This document shows, one piece after another, positions 45,391 through 54,921 of a stretch of DNA of 64,000 nucleotides. The notes under the pieces are model-generated. The model did not search any database and was not told where the DNA came from. It saw only the letters and a program-made list of their open reading frames with translations. Made by a program: the position numbers and the translations under genes. The stretch's first letter is position 1, and each line of letters starts with the position of its first letter. This DNA is from Candidatus Moraniibacteriota bacterium (GTDB lineage: Bacteria > Patescibacteriota > Minisyncoccia > Moranbacterales > UBA2206): assembly GCA_049304095.1 (NCBI GenBank), contig JBAQNU010000010.1, positions 19,311 through 83,310 of the forward strand. Reading direction: 5' to 3'.

Positions 45391-45537
45391 ATGGACGAAA
45401 AGCAAAAACAAGCATGGGAAACATTTCAAAATAAAATGGCCGATCTCAGAAAAAGGCAAGCTGCTGTTTTAGCGTCGATTAGTAAGAAACTAGACCAACA
45501 AAAAATAGACAGTATAATTAAAAAACTGAAAAAATAA
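45391..45537 (+). CDS. small K-rich helical protein (48 aa), absent from the track, stop overlapping the next start
   Basis: MDEKQKQAWETFQNKMADLRKRQAAVLASISKKLDQQKIDSIIKKLKK. TAAATG junction with the 45538 gene. Same small-then-large arrangement as 43783/43946. Confidence 0.3.
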   Translation: MDEKQKQAWETFQNKMADLRKRQAAVLASISKKLDQQKIDSIIKKLKK

Positions 45538-47415
45538 ATGGGAAACGAACAGGCTAAAATTGAACAAGCTGGAGTGCGGGAAGCACAAGAAATGCCACTA
45601 ACGCAAGAATCTCAGGAGACTTTTATGCAAGAGGCGTTGATTAAATCTGAGGAGGCAGTGGTGAGTTTTGAATCTGAAGGCGCCCAAAGCATGGCTTCTC
45701 TTGAGCAAAGGGCTGTAGAGGATGGGCTGGAGATTGATGCGGTAAATAAAGATGAGTTAGCTGCTCTAAATCAAGAGGCAAAAGTTGAAGTAGAAAGGTT
45801 AAGGAAAAATTTACAGCCTGGGTTTATAAAAGAATTTTCAGGAAAAAGAAGAAGTGAGCTAGCAAAAGAAATAATAGGAAAAAGGAAGAATCGTAGAATT
45901 GAACAAGAGAAAAAAAGAGAAGAATTGGAGAGCTTAAGCGAGTTGAAGCAGGAGCTTGAAAAATTATCAAGTACTGCCGTCGGGAGTTTTCTTAATTATT
46001 TTAAACGGAAGAAGCTAAAAACTGAAATAGCTCAGAAAGAAAATTCTCAAGAAATAGTAGGGTTTTTTGACGAGCATAATTTGGACAGGACAGCATTTAA
46101 TTCAAAAATGGAAAAAGATATTGCAATTTTTTGCGATGCTGAAAAGCGCAGATGGGAATCATCACCCTATAACAAGGATGATATTATAAAATTATTTTCC
46201 GAGGAACATCTCTCAGCGCTTTCCCTAGAAGATTATGCCTTATTATTAAAGAGGTTTCCTGGTGAGATGGTGACTCATGTAACTAGGCAGGGAGTGAGGG
46301 ATCATACTGGGCAAATGTGGCATACCGCTGGAACAGGCATGTATCATGAAGGCTTCAATGAGCTTATTTCTGATGGAAAGTTGCGTTCTCATTGGGGAAG
46401 GCATTTTGAGCAGTACGAAAAAAAGAAAGCGATTACTGAAGCCCTAAAGAAAATAGGCCTTGGGGAGAAATGGAAAACAAAAGAAGATGCATTGAGGAGT
46501 CTGGACGAACTGACTGATACGAGTGGAAGAATCCGTTACCTAGAGAGTTATTCTGACTACAATGCCATACATGTTGCGGCTGAAGAAGTGGCTGATGAAT
46601 TTTATGGTGCCGAGAGGGGTAATGAAATTTTTTTCGCTTTCTCTTCAAATCAGATTGCTTCTCAATATTATTTTAATGGAAGGCTGGATAAAAAAGATTT
46701 TTCCGTCCCTAACGATCAATGGATTTGGACCAATGAAGATAACGGGATAGATTTGAATTCTGGTATCGTGTTTATCCCTAGAGATGCCGAGGTGGATCCA
46801 GTTACTGGCTCAAAATATGAAATAGGGGAAAATGGGGAAGCTATTGAGGATGGTGAGCAGAGGCAGGTTGTTGGTGATTTCATCATGTCTGATGATTTTG
46901 ATGACTTTATTAAAAAAGCATCGGAAAGTTTGACTGATTCAAGTGATGTTGAATCTCGAGCCAAGACGAAATCTTTAATCGAAGAATTGGAAGAAAAATA
47001 CAACATAAAAAGTCGACAGTTAAGAGAGAATATTCTAAACAGCAGTTTTATTCAGAAAGCCGTGAAGAATCTCGGTTCAAAGCAGAACATAATTATAGAG
47101 GAGAAGTGGTTATTTTATAAAAAAGCGAAAAAAACAATATCATCTCAGGAATTTTGGGAAAATAAATTCAAAAATCAACCAAATAAAAAACCATCCAAAA
47201 TAGTCTATTACGAAGGCGGCAACCCAACGGAAGCGCTTGCTAGATGGAAAGAGCAAAATGGCTTGACGAAAAGTCAGTGGAAGGAAGACATGGGATTTCC
47301 TGAGAAAAATAAGGATAAACTTTCCACGGAAGCAAATCAAGGAATTGAAAGATTTAGATCTTTAGCTAAGGAAGCAATAGGAGACTATTTTGCGAAGGAT
47401 GAGGATGTCATATAG
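45538..47415 (+). CDS. large acidic hypothetical protein (625 aa)
   Basis: ORF with no recognised domain. Conserved-looking HVTRQGVRDHTGQMWHTAGTGMYHEGF block. Confidence 0.4.
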   Translation: MGNEQAKIEQAGVREAQEMPLTQESQETFMQEALIKSEEAVVSFESEGAQSMASLEQRAVEDGLEIDAVNKDELAALNQEAKVEVERLRKNLQPGFIKEFSGKRRSELAKEIIGKRKNRRIEQEKKREELESLSELKQELEKLSSTAVGSFLNYFKRKKLKTEIAQKENSQEIVGFFDEHNLDRTAFNSKMEKDIAIFCDAEKRRWESSPYNKDDIIKLFSEEHLSALSLEDYALLLKRFPGEMVTHVTRQGVRDHTGQMWHTAGTGMYHEGFNELISDGKLRSHWGRHFEQYEKKKAITEALKKIGLGEKWKTKEDALRSLDELTDTSGRIRYLESYSDYNAIHVAAEEVADEFYGAERGNEIFFAFSSNQIASQYYFNGRLDKKDFSVPNDQWIWTNEDNGIDLNSGIVFIPRDAEVDPVTGSKYEIGENGEAIEDGEQRQVVGDFIMSDDFDDFIKKASESLTDSSDVESRAKTKSLIEELEEKYNIKSRQLRENILNSSFIQKAVKNLGSKQNIIIEEKWLFYKKAKKTISSQEFWENKFKNQPNKKPSKIVYYEGGNPTEALARWKEQNGLTKSQWKEDMGFPEKNKDKLSTEANQGIERFRSLAKEAIGDYFAKDEDVI

Positions 47416-47451
47416 AAAAGGCAATAAGTTTAATTTATAACCAAAAACAAT

Positions 47452-47985
47452 ATGAGCAAGGAAGGGAAAGTCTTAGAATTTAAACGACCCGTCAAGAAAT
47501 TATCAGAAGCGGAAATGATAGAAGCTTCAATGGCGACGTCTTATGGGGATGAAGAAATTGATGCAATAGAGAAAGAACAGCTTGAAATAGATGAGCAATG
47601 GGGAGGGTTGAGAAAAAAAATAGCCGAACTCAATTTAAAATTTGCAGGAAAAAAATTAAAACTAGTGTCATCAGAATCCGTTGATCAAATTGAGCAGCGA
47701 AACGGTCTAATGGGGGAGCTTAATTCGTGCGAAGAAAGAATGCGACGGCTCATTGGCAGAACAGAAAGTAAGCTTGCTCTGGAAAAAGAAAGGCAAGATT
47801 CGCATAGGCAGAAATATCTATATTTGGCGAAAGGCCAGGAAAAAGAAATGAAAATTGAGGCGAAAGAAAAATATGGATCCGAACTCAGGGGTTTCAGTTC
47901 TAATATAGGAAATCTCGACGCGATATTGGTCAGCTTGCGGCATATGAGAATGATTATTCAGAAATTGAAAAAAGAATTTTTTTAA
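47452..47985 (+). CDS. coiled-coil hypothetical protein (177 aa)
   Basis: Heptad-rich E/K sequence. No motif recognised. Confidence 0.35.
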   Translation: MSKEGKVLEFKRPVKKLSEAEMIEASMATSYGDEEIDAIEKEQLEIDEQWGGLRKKIAELNLKFAGKKLKLVSSESVDQIEQRNGLMGELNSCEERMRRLIGRTESKLALEKERQDSHRQKYLYLAKGQEKEMKIEAKEKYGSELRGFSSNIGNLDAILVSLRHMRMIIQKLKKEFF

Positions 47986-47986
47986 T

Positions 47987-48859
47987 ATGCCAAACCGAAA
48001 ACTAATCTATTCTTTTCTTGGAATCCTTTTGACTTTTGGTTTGATTTTTTTTGGTGTTTCTTCCAATGCGCAGAGTCAAAAATTGCAAGTTGTTTTTTTG
48101 GATGTCGGACAGGGGGATGCCATTTTGATTTCCGAGGGTGAAAAACAAATCCTCATTGATGGCGGAGTGAGTGGGCAAAATCTTTTGGAAAAACTGGGAG
48201 AATATGTCCCTTTTTGGGATCGCAAAATTGACATTGTGATTGCCACGCATCCGGACGCGGATCATATTTCCGGGTTGGTTTCGGTGCTCAAAAATTATTC
48301 TGTTGATCAAGTGATTGAGAGTGGCGCCGAGAGTCAGTCGCAAGTTTTTGGGGCAATGGAAAAAATAATCTCTGAAAAAAAAGTGGAAAAGCAAATCGCA
48401 AGAAGAGGGATGAAAATAAAATTGTCTGATGATGCCAGTTTAGAAATTTTTAGTCCGACAGATACAATTGTTGCGGGTTTGAAAAAAGATGACACTAATT
48501 CGGCGAGTATCGTGGCAAGACTGACATATGGAGAAAATAGTTTTCTTTTCACGGGAGATTTTCCGCTGGAATTGGAAAATCAATTAGTCAGCGCAGGCTT
48601 ACCTTTGAGTTCTGAAGTACTCAAGGTTTCTCATCACGGATCAAAATCCGCCACAAGCGTGCAGTTTTTGGATTATGTTAATCCGAAGGTTGCGGTCATC
48701 TCCGTGGGAAAAAATAATCGCTATGGTCATCCGACGGCAGAAGTTTTGGATCGGCTAAAAAGCAAGCAACTTAAAATTTTACGCACAGACATTTTGGGCG
48801 ATGTGGTTTATGCTTGTGCGGGCGCACGTGAACAATGCGTGCAGGAAAATACGCAATAA
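47987..48859 (+). CDS. secreted metallo-beta-lactamase-fold protein homologous to the ComEC C-terminal (nuclease) domain
   Basis: Signal/TM N-terminus. FLDVGQGDAILI, HPDADHISG and VSHHGSKSA motifs as in the ComEC MBL domain. Confidence 0.7.
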   Translation: MPNRKLIYSFLGILLTFGLIFFGVSSNAQSQKLQVVFLDVGQGDAILISEGEKQILIDGGVSGQNLLEKLGEYVPFWDRKIDIVIATHPDADHISGLVSVLKNYSVDQVIESGAESQSQVFGAMEKIISEKKVEKQIARRGMKIKLSDDASLEIFSPTDTIVAGLKKDDTNSASIVARLTYGENSFLFTGDFPLELENQLVSAGLPLSSEVLKVSHHGSKSATSVQFLDYVNPKVAVISVGKNNRYGHPTAEVLDRLKSKQLKILRTDILGDVVYACAGAREQCVQENTQ

Positions 48860-49020
48860 TTTAGCTTTTGTGCATATCCTGGGGATAACTTTTTTACTCT
48901 TGGCTTATAACAGCCATTTTTTTGTGTGAAAAAATAGCTCTAAAAAGTGTTGACGAATAAACTCAAGTGGGGTAAAATAGATTTATCGTCAATAAGAGTG
49001 GAGCTAAGTGGGGAAATATT

Positions 49021-49455
49021 ATGTTTATTGGAGAATACCAACATGCGATTGATCCTAAGAAAAGATTGGCCGTGCCGAGCAAATTTCGCGTTGAATTGAA
49101 AAATAAGGTAGTGGTGACGCGCGGGCTAGATAAATGTCTTTTTATCTATCCGATGAAAGTGTGGCAAGAGTTGGCAGAGAAGTTGGGTTCTATTCCAGTG
49201 GGAGAATCAGCGACACGCAGTTTTGTGCGCTTGATGCTGGCTGGAGCGACGGATGTGGAAATTGACAAACAAGGTCGCGTGCTTATTCCAGATTATTTGA
49301 AAGAATATGCAAGCCTTAATCGCAATGTGGTTATTGCTGGAATCTATAATCGTTTGGAAATTTGGGATGAGTTGAAATGGAATGAATACAAAAAAAGCGC
49401 TGAGAAAAATAGTGATGAGATTGCGGAACAATTAGGAAAATTAGGGGTATATTAA
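49021..49455 (+). CDS. mraZ: transcriptional regulator MraZ
   Basis: MFIGEYQHAIDPKKRLAVPSKFR with two SpoVT/AbrB-like repeats. Starts the dcw cluster. Confidence 0.85.
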   Translation: MFIGEYQHAIDPKKRLAVPSKFRVELKNKVVVTRGLDKCLFIYPMKVWQELAEKLGSIPVGESATRSFVRLMLAGATDVEIDKQGRVLIPDYLKEYASLNRNVVIAGIYNRLEIWDELKWNEYKKSAEKNSDEIAEQLGKLGVY

Positions 49456-49458
49456 AAT

Positions 49459-50436
49459 ATGACTATTCATAAATCTGTTTTACTGAAAGAAAGCATAGAA
49501 GCGCTAAACTTAAAAGAAGGAATGATTGTGGTGGATGCAACGTTGGGTGGCGGCGGACATAGTCGCGAGATATTAAAGATAATTGGAGATAGCAGCCTGC
49601 CTGCCGCCTGCCTGTCCGGTAGGCAGGGTAGGCAGGGAAAATTGATTGCTTTTGATGCGGATGCGCTGGCGATAGAAAAATTTCAAGCAAGCATAAAAAA
49701 AGAAGATAAGAAAAATGTTATTTTAGTAAATGCAAATTTCAGAAATTTAGAAAAAGAATTAGAAAAGCTAGGGATTGAAAAAGTAGATGCAATTTTGGCA
49801 GACATTGGTTATTCTTCGGATCAACTGGAAGGCGCCGAACGGGGAATTAGTTTTCAGTTGGACTCTCCTTTGGACATGCGCTTTGATCAAAACCAAGAAT
49901 TGACAGCCAGAAAAATCGTGAACGAATATAGCGAAGAAGAACTGGAGAGGGTGTTGCGAGAATTTGGAGAGGAAAAATTTGCCAGAAATATTGTCAGAGG
50001 AATTTTGAAATATAGAGAGAAAAAGAGCATTGAAAATACGAAAGAGTTGGCGGAGATTGTTTCTGCGCATGTGCCGGGAAAATATCGGAGCGGAAAAATC
50101 AGCCCTGCCACAAAAACATTTCAGGCCATTCGAATTGAAGTTAATAGAGAATTGGAAAGTTTAGAGATATTTGTGCCAAGTGCACTGGGTGCGCTAAGGA
50201 GTGGCGGACGACTGGCGATAATTTCCTTTCACTCATTGGAAGATCGCATTGTGAAAGAAAAATTCCGGGAAAATGCAAGGGGATGCATTTGCCCGAAAGA
50301 CTTTCCAGTTTGTCTTTGTCAAAAAACGGCAAAAGTGAAAATAATCACGAAAAGGCCACTCACTTCCGGCGCAACTGAGTTAGCGGAAAATCCCAGAGCC
50401 AGAAGCGCAAAGTTGCGAGTTTGCGAAGTAATATAG
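49459..50436 (+). CDS. rsmH: 16S rRNA (cytosine1402-N4)-methyltransferase RsmH with in-frame GC-rich hairpin insert
   Basis: VDATLGGGGHS SAM motif. Insert DSSLPAACLSGRQGRQ encoded by the GC-rich imperfect inverted repeat at 49594-49637 (CCTGCCTGCCGCCTGCCTG-TCCGGT-AGGCAGGGTAGGCAGGG). Confidence 0.9.
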   Translation: MTIHKSVLLKESIEALNLKEGMIVVDATLGGGGHSREILKIIGDSSLPAACLSGRQGRQGKLIAFDADALAIEKFQASIKKEDKKNVILVNANFRNLEKELEKLGIEKVDAILADIGYSSDQLEGAERGISFQLDSPLDMRFDQNQELTARKIVNEYSEEELERVLREFGEEKFARNIVRGILKYREKKSIENTKELAEIVSAHVPGKYRSGKISPATKTFQAIRIEVNRELESLEIFVPSALGALRSGGRLAIISFHSLEDRIVKEKFRENARGCICPKDFPVCLCQKTAKVKIITKRPLTSGATELAENPRARSAKLRVCEVI

Positions 50437-50500
50437 GATTGGGCTTACACGTAAGTCACCTAAAAATAAAAATAAAAATCCCGCACGGGACAGAAAAAAA

Positions 50501-50863
50501 ATGGCAAAAGTAATTTTCATCAACAATAAGCGCAACAGCGAAAAAACGACCAGAGTTGAAGCTGGAAAGCGGGGAAGTATCAGGATTGGTTTGGCTTGGT
50601 CTGGTTTTCTTACCATCCTTTTTGTTGTTTTTTTCAGCGCATTCTATCTATTCCAAGTTAACGATTTGGCGGTGAAAGGCTATGAAATACGTGATTTGGA
50701 AAATCGGATTGCTAAACTGCAAAAAGATAATAAAAAAATGCAGATTCGCGAAATGGAGTTGCGTTCGATGTATGCGGTGGAAAAAGCCGCACCGAATTTC
50801 AATTTAGTGAGTCCCGTAGGCGTGTCTTATCTGGAGCTTGATGGTCCGGTGGCACTAAGATAG
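50501..50863 (+). CDS. ftsL: FtsL-like cell-division protein (single TM + coiled coil)
   Basis: Position between rsmH and ftsI. TM (GFLTILFVVFFSAFYLF) followed by a coiled-coil (LENRIAKLQKDNKKMQIREMEL). Confidence 0.5.
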   Translation: MAKVIFINNKRNSEKTTRVEAGKRGSIRIGLAWSGFLTILFVVFFSAFYLFQVNDLAVKGYEIRDLENRIAKLQKDNKKMQIREMELRSMYAVEKAAPNFNLVSPVGVSYLELDGPVALR

Positions 50864-50885
50864 TAAAGACTCTAAAAAACTAACA

Positions 50886-52793
50886 ATGACAAATGCACAA
50901 AGACAGAAAAAATATAAAATTGGTAGTCGTTGCGAGGTTAATGCGGGAGTGAATGATTCCCGGATCTACGTCTTGGCTTTTGCTGTCTCGCTAATTTCTT
51001 TGGCGATTTTTTTTCGCCTGTATTCCTTGCAAGTCAGTGCGCATGCCTCCTATTTAGCTTTGGCAGAAAATCAACACTCATTGTTCAAAAATTTAATTCC
51101 CACTCGCGGGGAAATTTTTCTGAGAGACAGAGACGCACTCTATCCAATTGCCGTGAATAAAGAAATGAACATGGCCTATGCTGTGCCGAAAGAAATTGAA
51201 AATCCGGCTGATGCGAGCGACAAGGTGGCTGGCGCGCTGGAACTTTCACGGGATGAACTTTTTGCCAAGTTTAGCAAAGAGAATGATATGTATGAAGTTT
51301 TAAAGCATAAGCTGAGTGATGAGGAAGCGGACAATCTAAAAAAACTAAAATTGAAAGGCGTCTATCTCACCGATGAAGCCTTGCGCTATTATCCAGCTGG
51401 AGAATTGGCGGCGCATATTTTGGGTTTTGTTGGCTGGAGAAACAATGAATTTGGTGGGCGCTATGGCACAGAGTTGTTTTTTGATGAGAAGTTGAAAGGT
51501 CAAGAGGGAAAGCTCTTTCAAAATAAGGATAATGCTGGTCGCTGGATTTCTACGGGAGAAAAAGAAATTGCCTATGCTAAAAATGGAGATAATCTTGTTT
51601 TGTCGATTGATCACATTGTCCAATATGAAACGGAAAAGATGCTTCGCGCCGCGGTGGAAAAATATGAAGCGGACAGAGGCACAATTATTGTGATGGAATC
51701 TGCCACTGGAAAAATTCTTTCCATGGCCAATTATCCTACCTTTAATCCGAATGATTATGCTAAGACGGACAATATGGAAGCTTTTCGCAATCTGGCAGTG
51801 AGCGATCCCTATGAGTGCGGAAGCGTTTTTAAAACCTTCACAATCGCTTCTGCAATTGATGCGGGAAAAATCAGTCCAGGTACGACCTATTCTGACACGG
51901 GCACGGTGACAGAAGCAGGCTATTCAATTCATAATTCTGACCTAAAAGCCAATGGCACACAAACGATGACGCAAGTCTTGGAAAAATCTCTCAATACCGG
52001 TGTGATTTTTGCTGAAAAATTGATGGGCAATGTTGCTTTTGCCGACTATATGCACAAATTTGGTTTTGGCGAAGTGACTGGCGCGGATGTTTTTGGTGAG
52101 GCAGCGGGTAATGTGCGCAATCTGGGTAACTTGAAAAGTAATATCCAATTTTTCACTGCCTCTTTCGGACAAGGCATCACAGTCACGCCTTTGCAACTCA
52201 TTTCTGCCTACAATGCCATTGCCAATGGCGGAGTGCTTTTAAAACCTCAAATTATAGACAAAATAATTCATGCCGATGGAACAGAAACTGATAACTCTCC
52301 CGAGGAGGTGCGTCGGGTAATCTCTGAAGATTCCGCAAAATTGGTAGCGCAGATGCTACGTAGCGTTGTGACGGATGGGCATGGAAAGCAAGCCGACGTG
52401 CCGGGATATTTGGTGGGCGGAAAAACTGGCACGGCTCAAGTTGCCAGTAGTAGTGCTAAGGGCTATGCTGAAGGAGAAAGCATTGGTTCCTTTGCTGGTT
52501 TTGCTCCAACGGATAATCCGCGCTTTACTATTCTCGTGCGTCTGGACGATCCAAAAACCGTCCAATGGGCGGAATCAAGCGCCGCTCCGACATTTGGAGA
52601 ATTGATGAAATTTTTGCTAAGCTATTATCATGTCGAGCCGACTGAAAGCTATCCTTCGAATGCTTGGGATAAGTTTAATCAAATGCATACACTCGAGAAT
52701 GATTTTTTGAAAACGAAACCAGAAGAAGAAATTGAAGCGGAAAAACCTAAAAATGATTTAATTATTGAAACTGAAAAAAAAGATGCTCAATAA
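50886..52793 (+). CDS. ftsI: penicillin-binding protein (FtsI/PBP2-type transpeptidase)
   Basis: N-terminal TM and PBP dimerisation domain. Transpeptidase motifs SVFK (GSVFKTF), SLN (EKSLNTG) and KTGT (GGKTGTAQ). Confidence 0.85.
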   Translation: MTNAQRQKKYKIGSRCEVNAGVNDSRIYVLAFAVSLISLAIFFRLYSLQVSAHASYLALAENQHSLFKNLIPTRGEIFLRDRDALYPIAVNKEMNMAYAVPKEIENPADASDKVAGALELSRDELFAKFSKENDMYEVLKHKLSDEEADNLKKLKLKGVYLTDEALRYYPAGELAAHILGFVGWRNNEFGGRYGTELFFDEKLKGQEGKLFQNKDNAGRWISTGEKEIAYAKNGDNLVLSIDHIVQYETEKMLRAAVEKYEADRGTIIVMESATGKILSMANYPTFNPNDYAKTDNMEAFRNLAVSDPYECGSVFKTFTIASAIDAGKISPGTTYSDTGTVTEAGYSIHNSDLKANGTQTMTQVLEKSLNTGVIFAEKLMGNVAFADYMHKFGFGEVTGADVFGEAAGNVRNLGNLKSNIQFFTASFGQGITVTPLQLISAYNAIANGGVLLKPQIIDKIIHADGTETDNSPEEVRRVISEDSAKLVAQMLRSVVTDGHGKQADVPGYLVGGKTGTAQVASSSAKGYAEGESIGSFAGFAPTDNPRFTILVRLDDPKTVQWAESSAAPTFGELMKFLLSYYHVEPTESYPSNAWDKFNQMHTLENDFLKTKPEEEIEAEKPKNDLIIETEKKDAQ

Positions 52794-54120
52794 CCAAAAA
52801 AATAAATCTAGTGCTGGAGGAGAAGTCGGCAAGTTTTCCAAGAAAAGATTGGCGGAATGGCCACTTCGTTTTATGGCGCGCGCAATTTTGCGAAAATATC
52901 GGCCACGGATTGTGGCTATCACAGGATCCGTGGGGAAGACTTCTGCTAAGGAGGCGATTTTTTCCGTGCTTTCAGGGAGCTATCGCACAAGAAAGAGCGA
53001 GAAAAATTATAACAACGAAATTGGAGTTCCTCTGACTATTTTAGGTGTTGAGAGTGGTGGCAGTTCTCTTTTTGGCTGGCTCGTGGTTTTTTTGAAATGG
53101 CTTGGCAGTCTCATTTTTTCAGTTAAGTATCCAGAAATTCTTATCCTTGAGATGGCGGCGGATCACCCGGGAGATTTAGCCTATCTGGTTGATTTTGCTC
53201 ATCCAGATATTTCTGTCATTACGGAAATTTCTGCTAGTCACTTGGAATATTTCAAAACACTGGAAGGTGTACTGAAAGAAAAAGCCACGCTGGTAAGAGC
53301 ATTGGATGAAAAAGGTCTTGCTATTATTAATATTGATAATCCGCAATTGGCTAAATTGAAAACGAGTTTGAAGTCAAATGTTTTGACGTTCGGATTTTCC
53401 GATGAAGCTGACGCAAAAGCGACTGATGTTCTCTTGAGTGGTAAGGAGATGAGAGGGCTAAGCTTCAAGTTGAACTATAAAGGCACAACTATGCCGATGC
53501 GCTTAAATAACGCTCTAGCCAAAGAACATGTCTATGCGGCGCTAGCCGGCATTTCTGTCGGCATTGGATTAGGCATGAATCTGGTGGAAATCGGGACTAA
53601 TTTGGAAAATTTTTCTTTACCACCATCTAGGTTGAATCTACTATCTGGTATTAAAGATACCTATATCATTGATGACACCTACAACTCTTCGCTTAAATCT
53701 GTGGAAGCTGCGCTGGCTACGCTTGTTCAGTTAGGTGAGGGCAAGAGAAAAATTGCCGTTTTAGGTGACATGCTGGAATTGGGCACTCAGATGGAAGAAT
53801 CGCATGTTGCACTAGCGCGGAAATTTCTGGAAACCAAGAGCGATATTTTCATTTCCGTCGGACGCAGAATGCAATTTGCCGTTTCCGAGCTTCGCAAACA
53901 AAAATTTTCCGGTGAAATTCATGCTTTTCGCAGTCCACTGGAAGCGGGGAAAAAACTGCAAGAAATTTTGCGCGCCGGGGATGTGGTTTTGGTTAAGGGC
54001 TCACAAGGCATGCGGATGGAAAAAGTGGTGGAGGAGGTCATGGCTGAACCAGAAAAAGCCGAAAAATTACTTTGTCGTCAAAATGAAGAGTGGAAAAATA
54101 TTCCTTGGACGGAGGTTTAA
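52783..54120 (+). CDS. murF: UDP-N-acetylmuramoyl-tripeptide--D-alanyl-D-alanine ligase
   Basis: Mur ligase P-loop ITGSVGKTS. DDTYNSS and GDMLELG motifs. ATG 52783 preferred over track TTG 52765. Confidence 0.85.
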   Translation: MLNNQKNKSSAGGEVGKFSKKRLAEWPLRFMARAILRKYRPRIVAITGSVGKTSAKEAIFSVLSGSYRTRKSEKNYNNEIGVPLTILGVESGGSSLFGWLVVFLKWLGSLIFSVKYPEILILEMAADHPGDLAYLVDFAHPDISVITEISASHLEYFKTLEGVLKEKATLVRALDEKGLAIINIDNPQLAKLKTSLKSNVLTFGFSDEADAKATDVLLSGKEMRGLSFKLNYKGTTMPMRLNNALAKEHVYAALAGISVGIGLGMNLVEIGTNLENFSLPPSRLNLLSGIKDTYIIDDTYNSSLKSVEAALATLVQLGEGKRKIAVLGDMLELGTQMEESHVALARKFLETKSDIFISVGRRMQFAVSELRKQKFSGEIHAFRSPLEAGKKLQEILRAGDVVLVKGSQGMRMEKVVEEVMAEPEKAEKLLCRQNEEWKNIPWTEV

Positions 54121-54138
54121 TTGATTAAATATTTTTTT

Positions 54139-54741
54139 ATGAAATATAAGGCAGTGGGTTTTGATTATGGTGGGGTTATTGCTGGCATTCCAAGTTCAGA
54201 GTTTAATCGACGAATTACAGAATTACTTGGCGTAAGCATCGAAACGTATAAAACAGTTTATTTTAGAAATAACCACTTATTAAACCACGACACACTATCA
54301 ACAGATAAATTTTGGAGCAAAGTGTTAAGTGAAATGAATAAATCCGACAAGCTTGATGATTTGTTAAAATTTCTCAAGTCACTAAATCAGCACGAAATAA
54401 ATAATGATATTTTAGAATTAGCTAGGCACTTAAAAACTCTTGGTTATAGAATTGGGATATTAAGTAATAATACGTTAGAGGGGGTGGATAAAATGAAAGA
54501 TGCTGGCTTGATGGAATTATTTGATGTTGTGGCTGTGTCTACAGAAATTGGTTTTAGTAAGCCAAATCCAAAAGCGTTTGATATCTTCATAGAAAAGCTT
54601 GATGTATCACCACAAGAGCTTGTTTTCATAGATGATACAGCGAAAAGCTTAGAATCGGCAAAAGAAATTGGTTATCAACCTGTCATATACACTGAATTGA
54701 AAAAGTTACAGAATGACTTAGGCGAGCTGGGAGTTTTATGA
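54139..54741 (+). CDS. HAD-superfamily hydrolase
   Basis: FDYGGVI (DxG motif I variant), ILSNN (motif II) and a FIDD region (motif IV). ATG 54139 preferred over TTG 54121. Confidence 0.65.
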   Translation: MKYKAVGFDYGGVIAGIPSSEFNRRITELLGVSIETYKTVYFRNNHLLNHDTLSTDKFWSKVLSEMNKSDKLDDLLKFLKSLNQHEINNDILELARHLKTLGYRIGILSNNTLEGVDKMKDAGLMELFDVVAVSTEIGFSKPNPKAFDIFIEKLDVSPQELVFIDDTAKSLESAKEIGYQPVIYTELKKLQNDLGELGVL

Positions 54742-54793
54742 TGCAAATAAGGAGTTTTGTTTCAAAAAAATCACCGAGCACTAATACATTTGC

Positions 54794-54821
54794 TTGACTA
54801 GAAGTTTTTGGGTGCTATAAT
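54794..54821 (+). promoter_or_regulatory. strong sigma70-type promoter (TTGACT-16-TGcTATAAT) upstream of the tRNA/GIY-YIG unit
   Basis: -35 at 54794-54799 and extended -10 at 54813-54821. The predicted +1 is about 22 nt before tRNA-like copy A. Confidence 0.55.
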
Positions 54822-54849
54822 AGCAAAGTTATCGAAAAATGAAAAATAT

Positions 54850-54902
54850 GCGCCTATAGCTCAGTCTGGTAGATCCGCCAGCTGGCGGACTATTAAGCAA
54901 AC
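54850..54902 (+). pseudogene. tRNA-derived 5' fragment (copy A): acceptor 5' strand + D-arm + palindromic hairpin CCGCCAGCTGGCGG replacing the 5' strand of the anticodon stem
   Basis: The first 25 nt are near-identical to tRNA-Lys (GCGCCTATAGCTCAGTCTGGTAGA). The fragment ends ...CTATTAAGCAAAC and runs directly into the SD AGGGAGGA of the GIY-YIG gene. Cannot fold as a tRNA. Confidence 0.5.
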
Positions 54903-54921
54903 AGGGAGGATAAATGTGGGT

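Noticed and set aside
54808-54921. Track ORF start for the GIY-YIG gene at 54808 (MGAIIAKLSKNEKYAPIAQSGRSASW...)
   Set aside because: This N-terminal extension is the in-frame read-through of the tRNA-derived fragment A. A strong SD and ATG at 54922 give the real GIY-YIG start.
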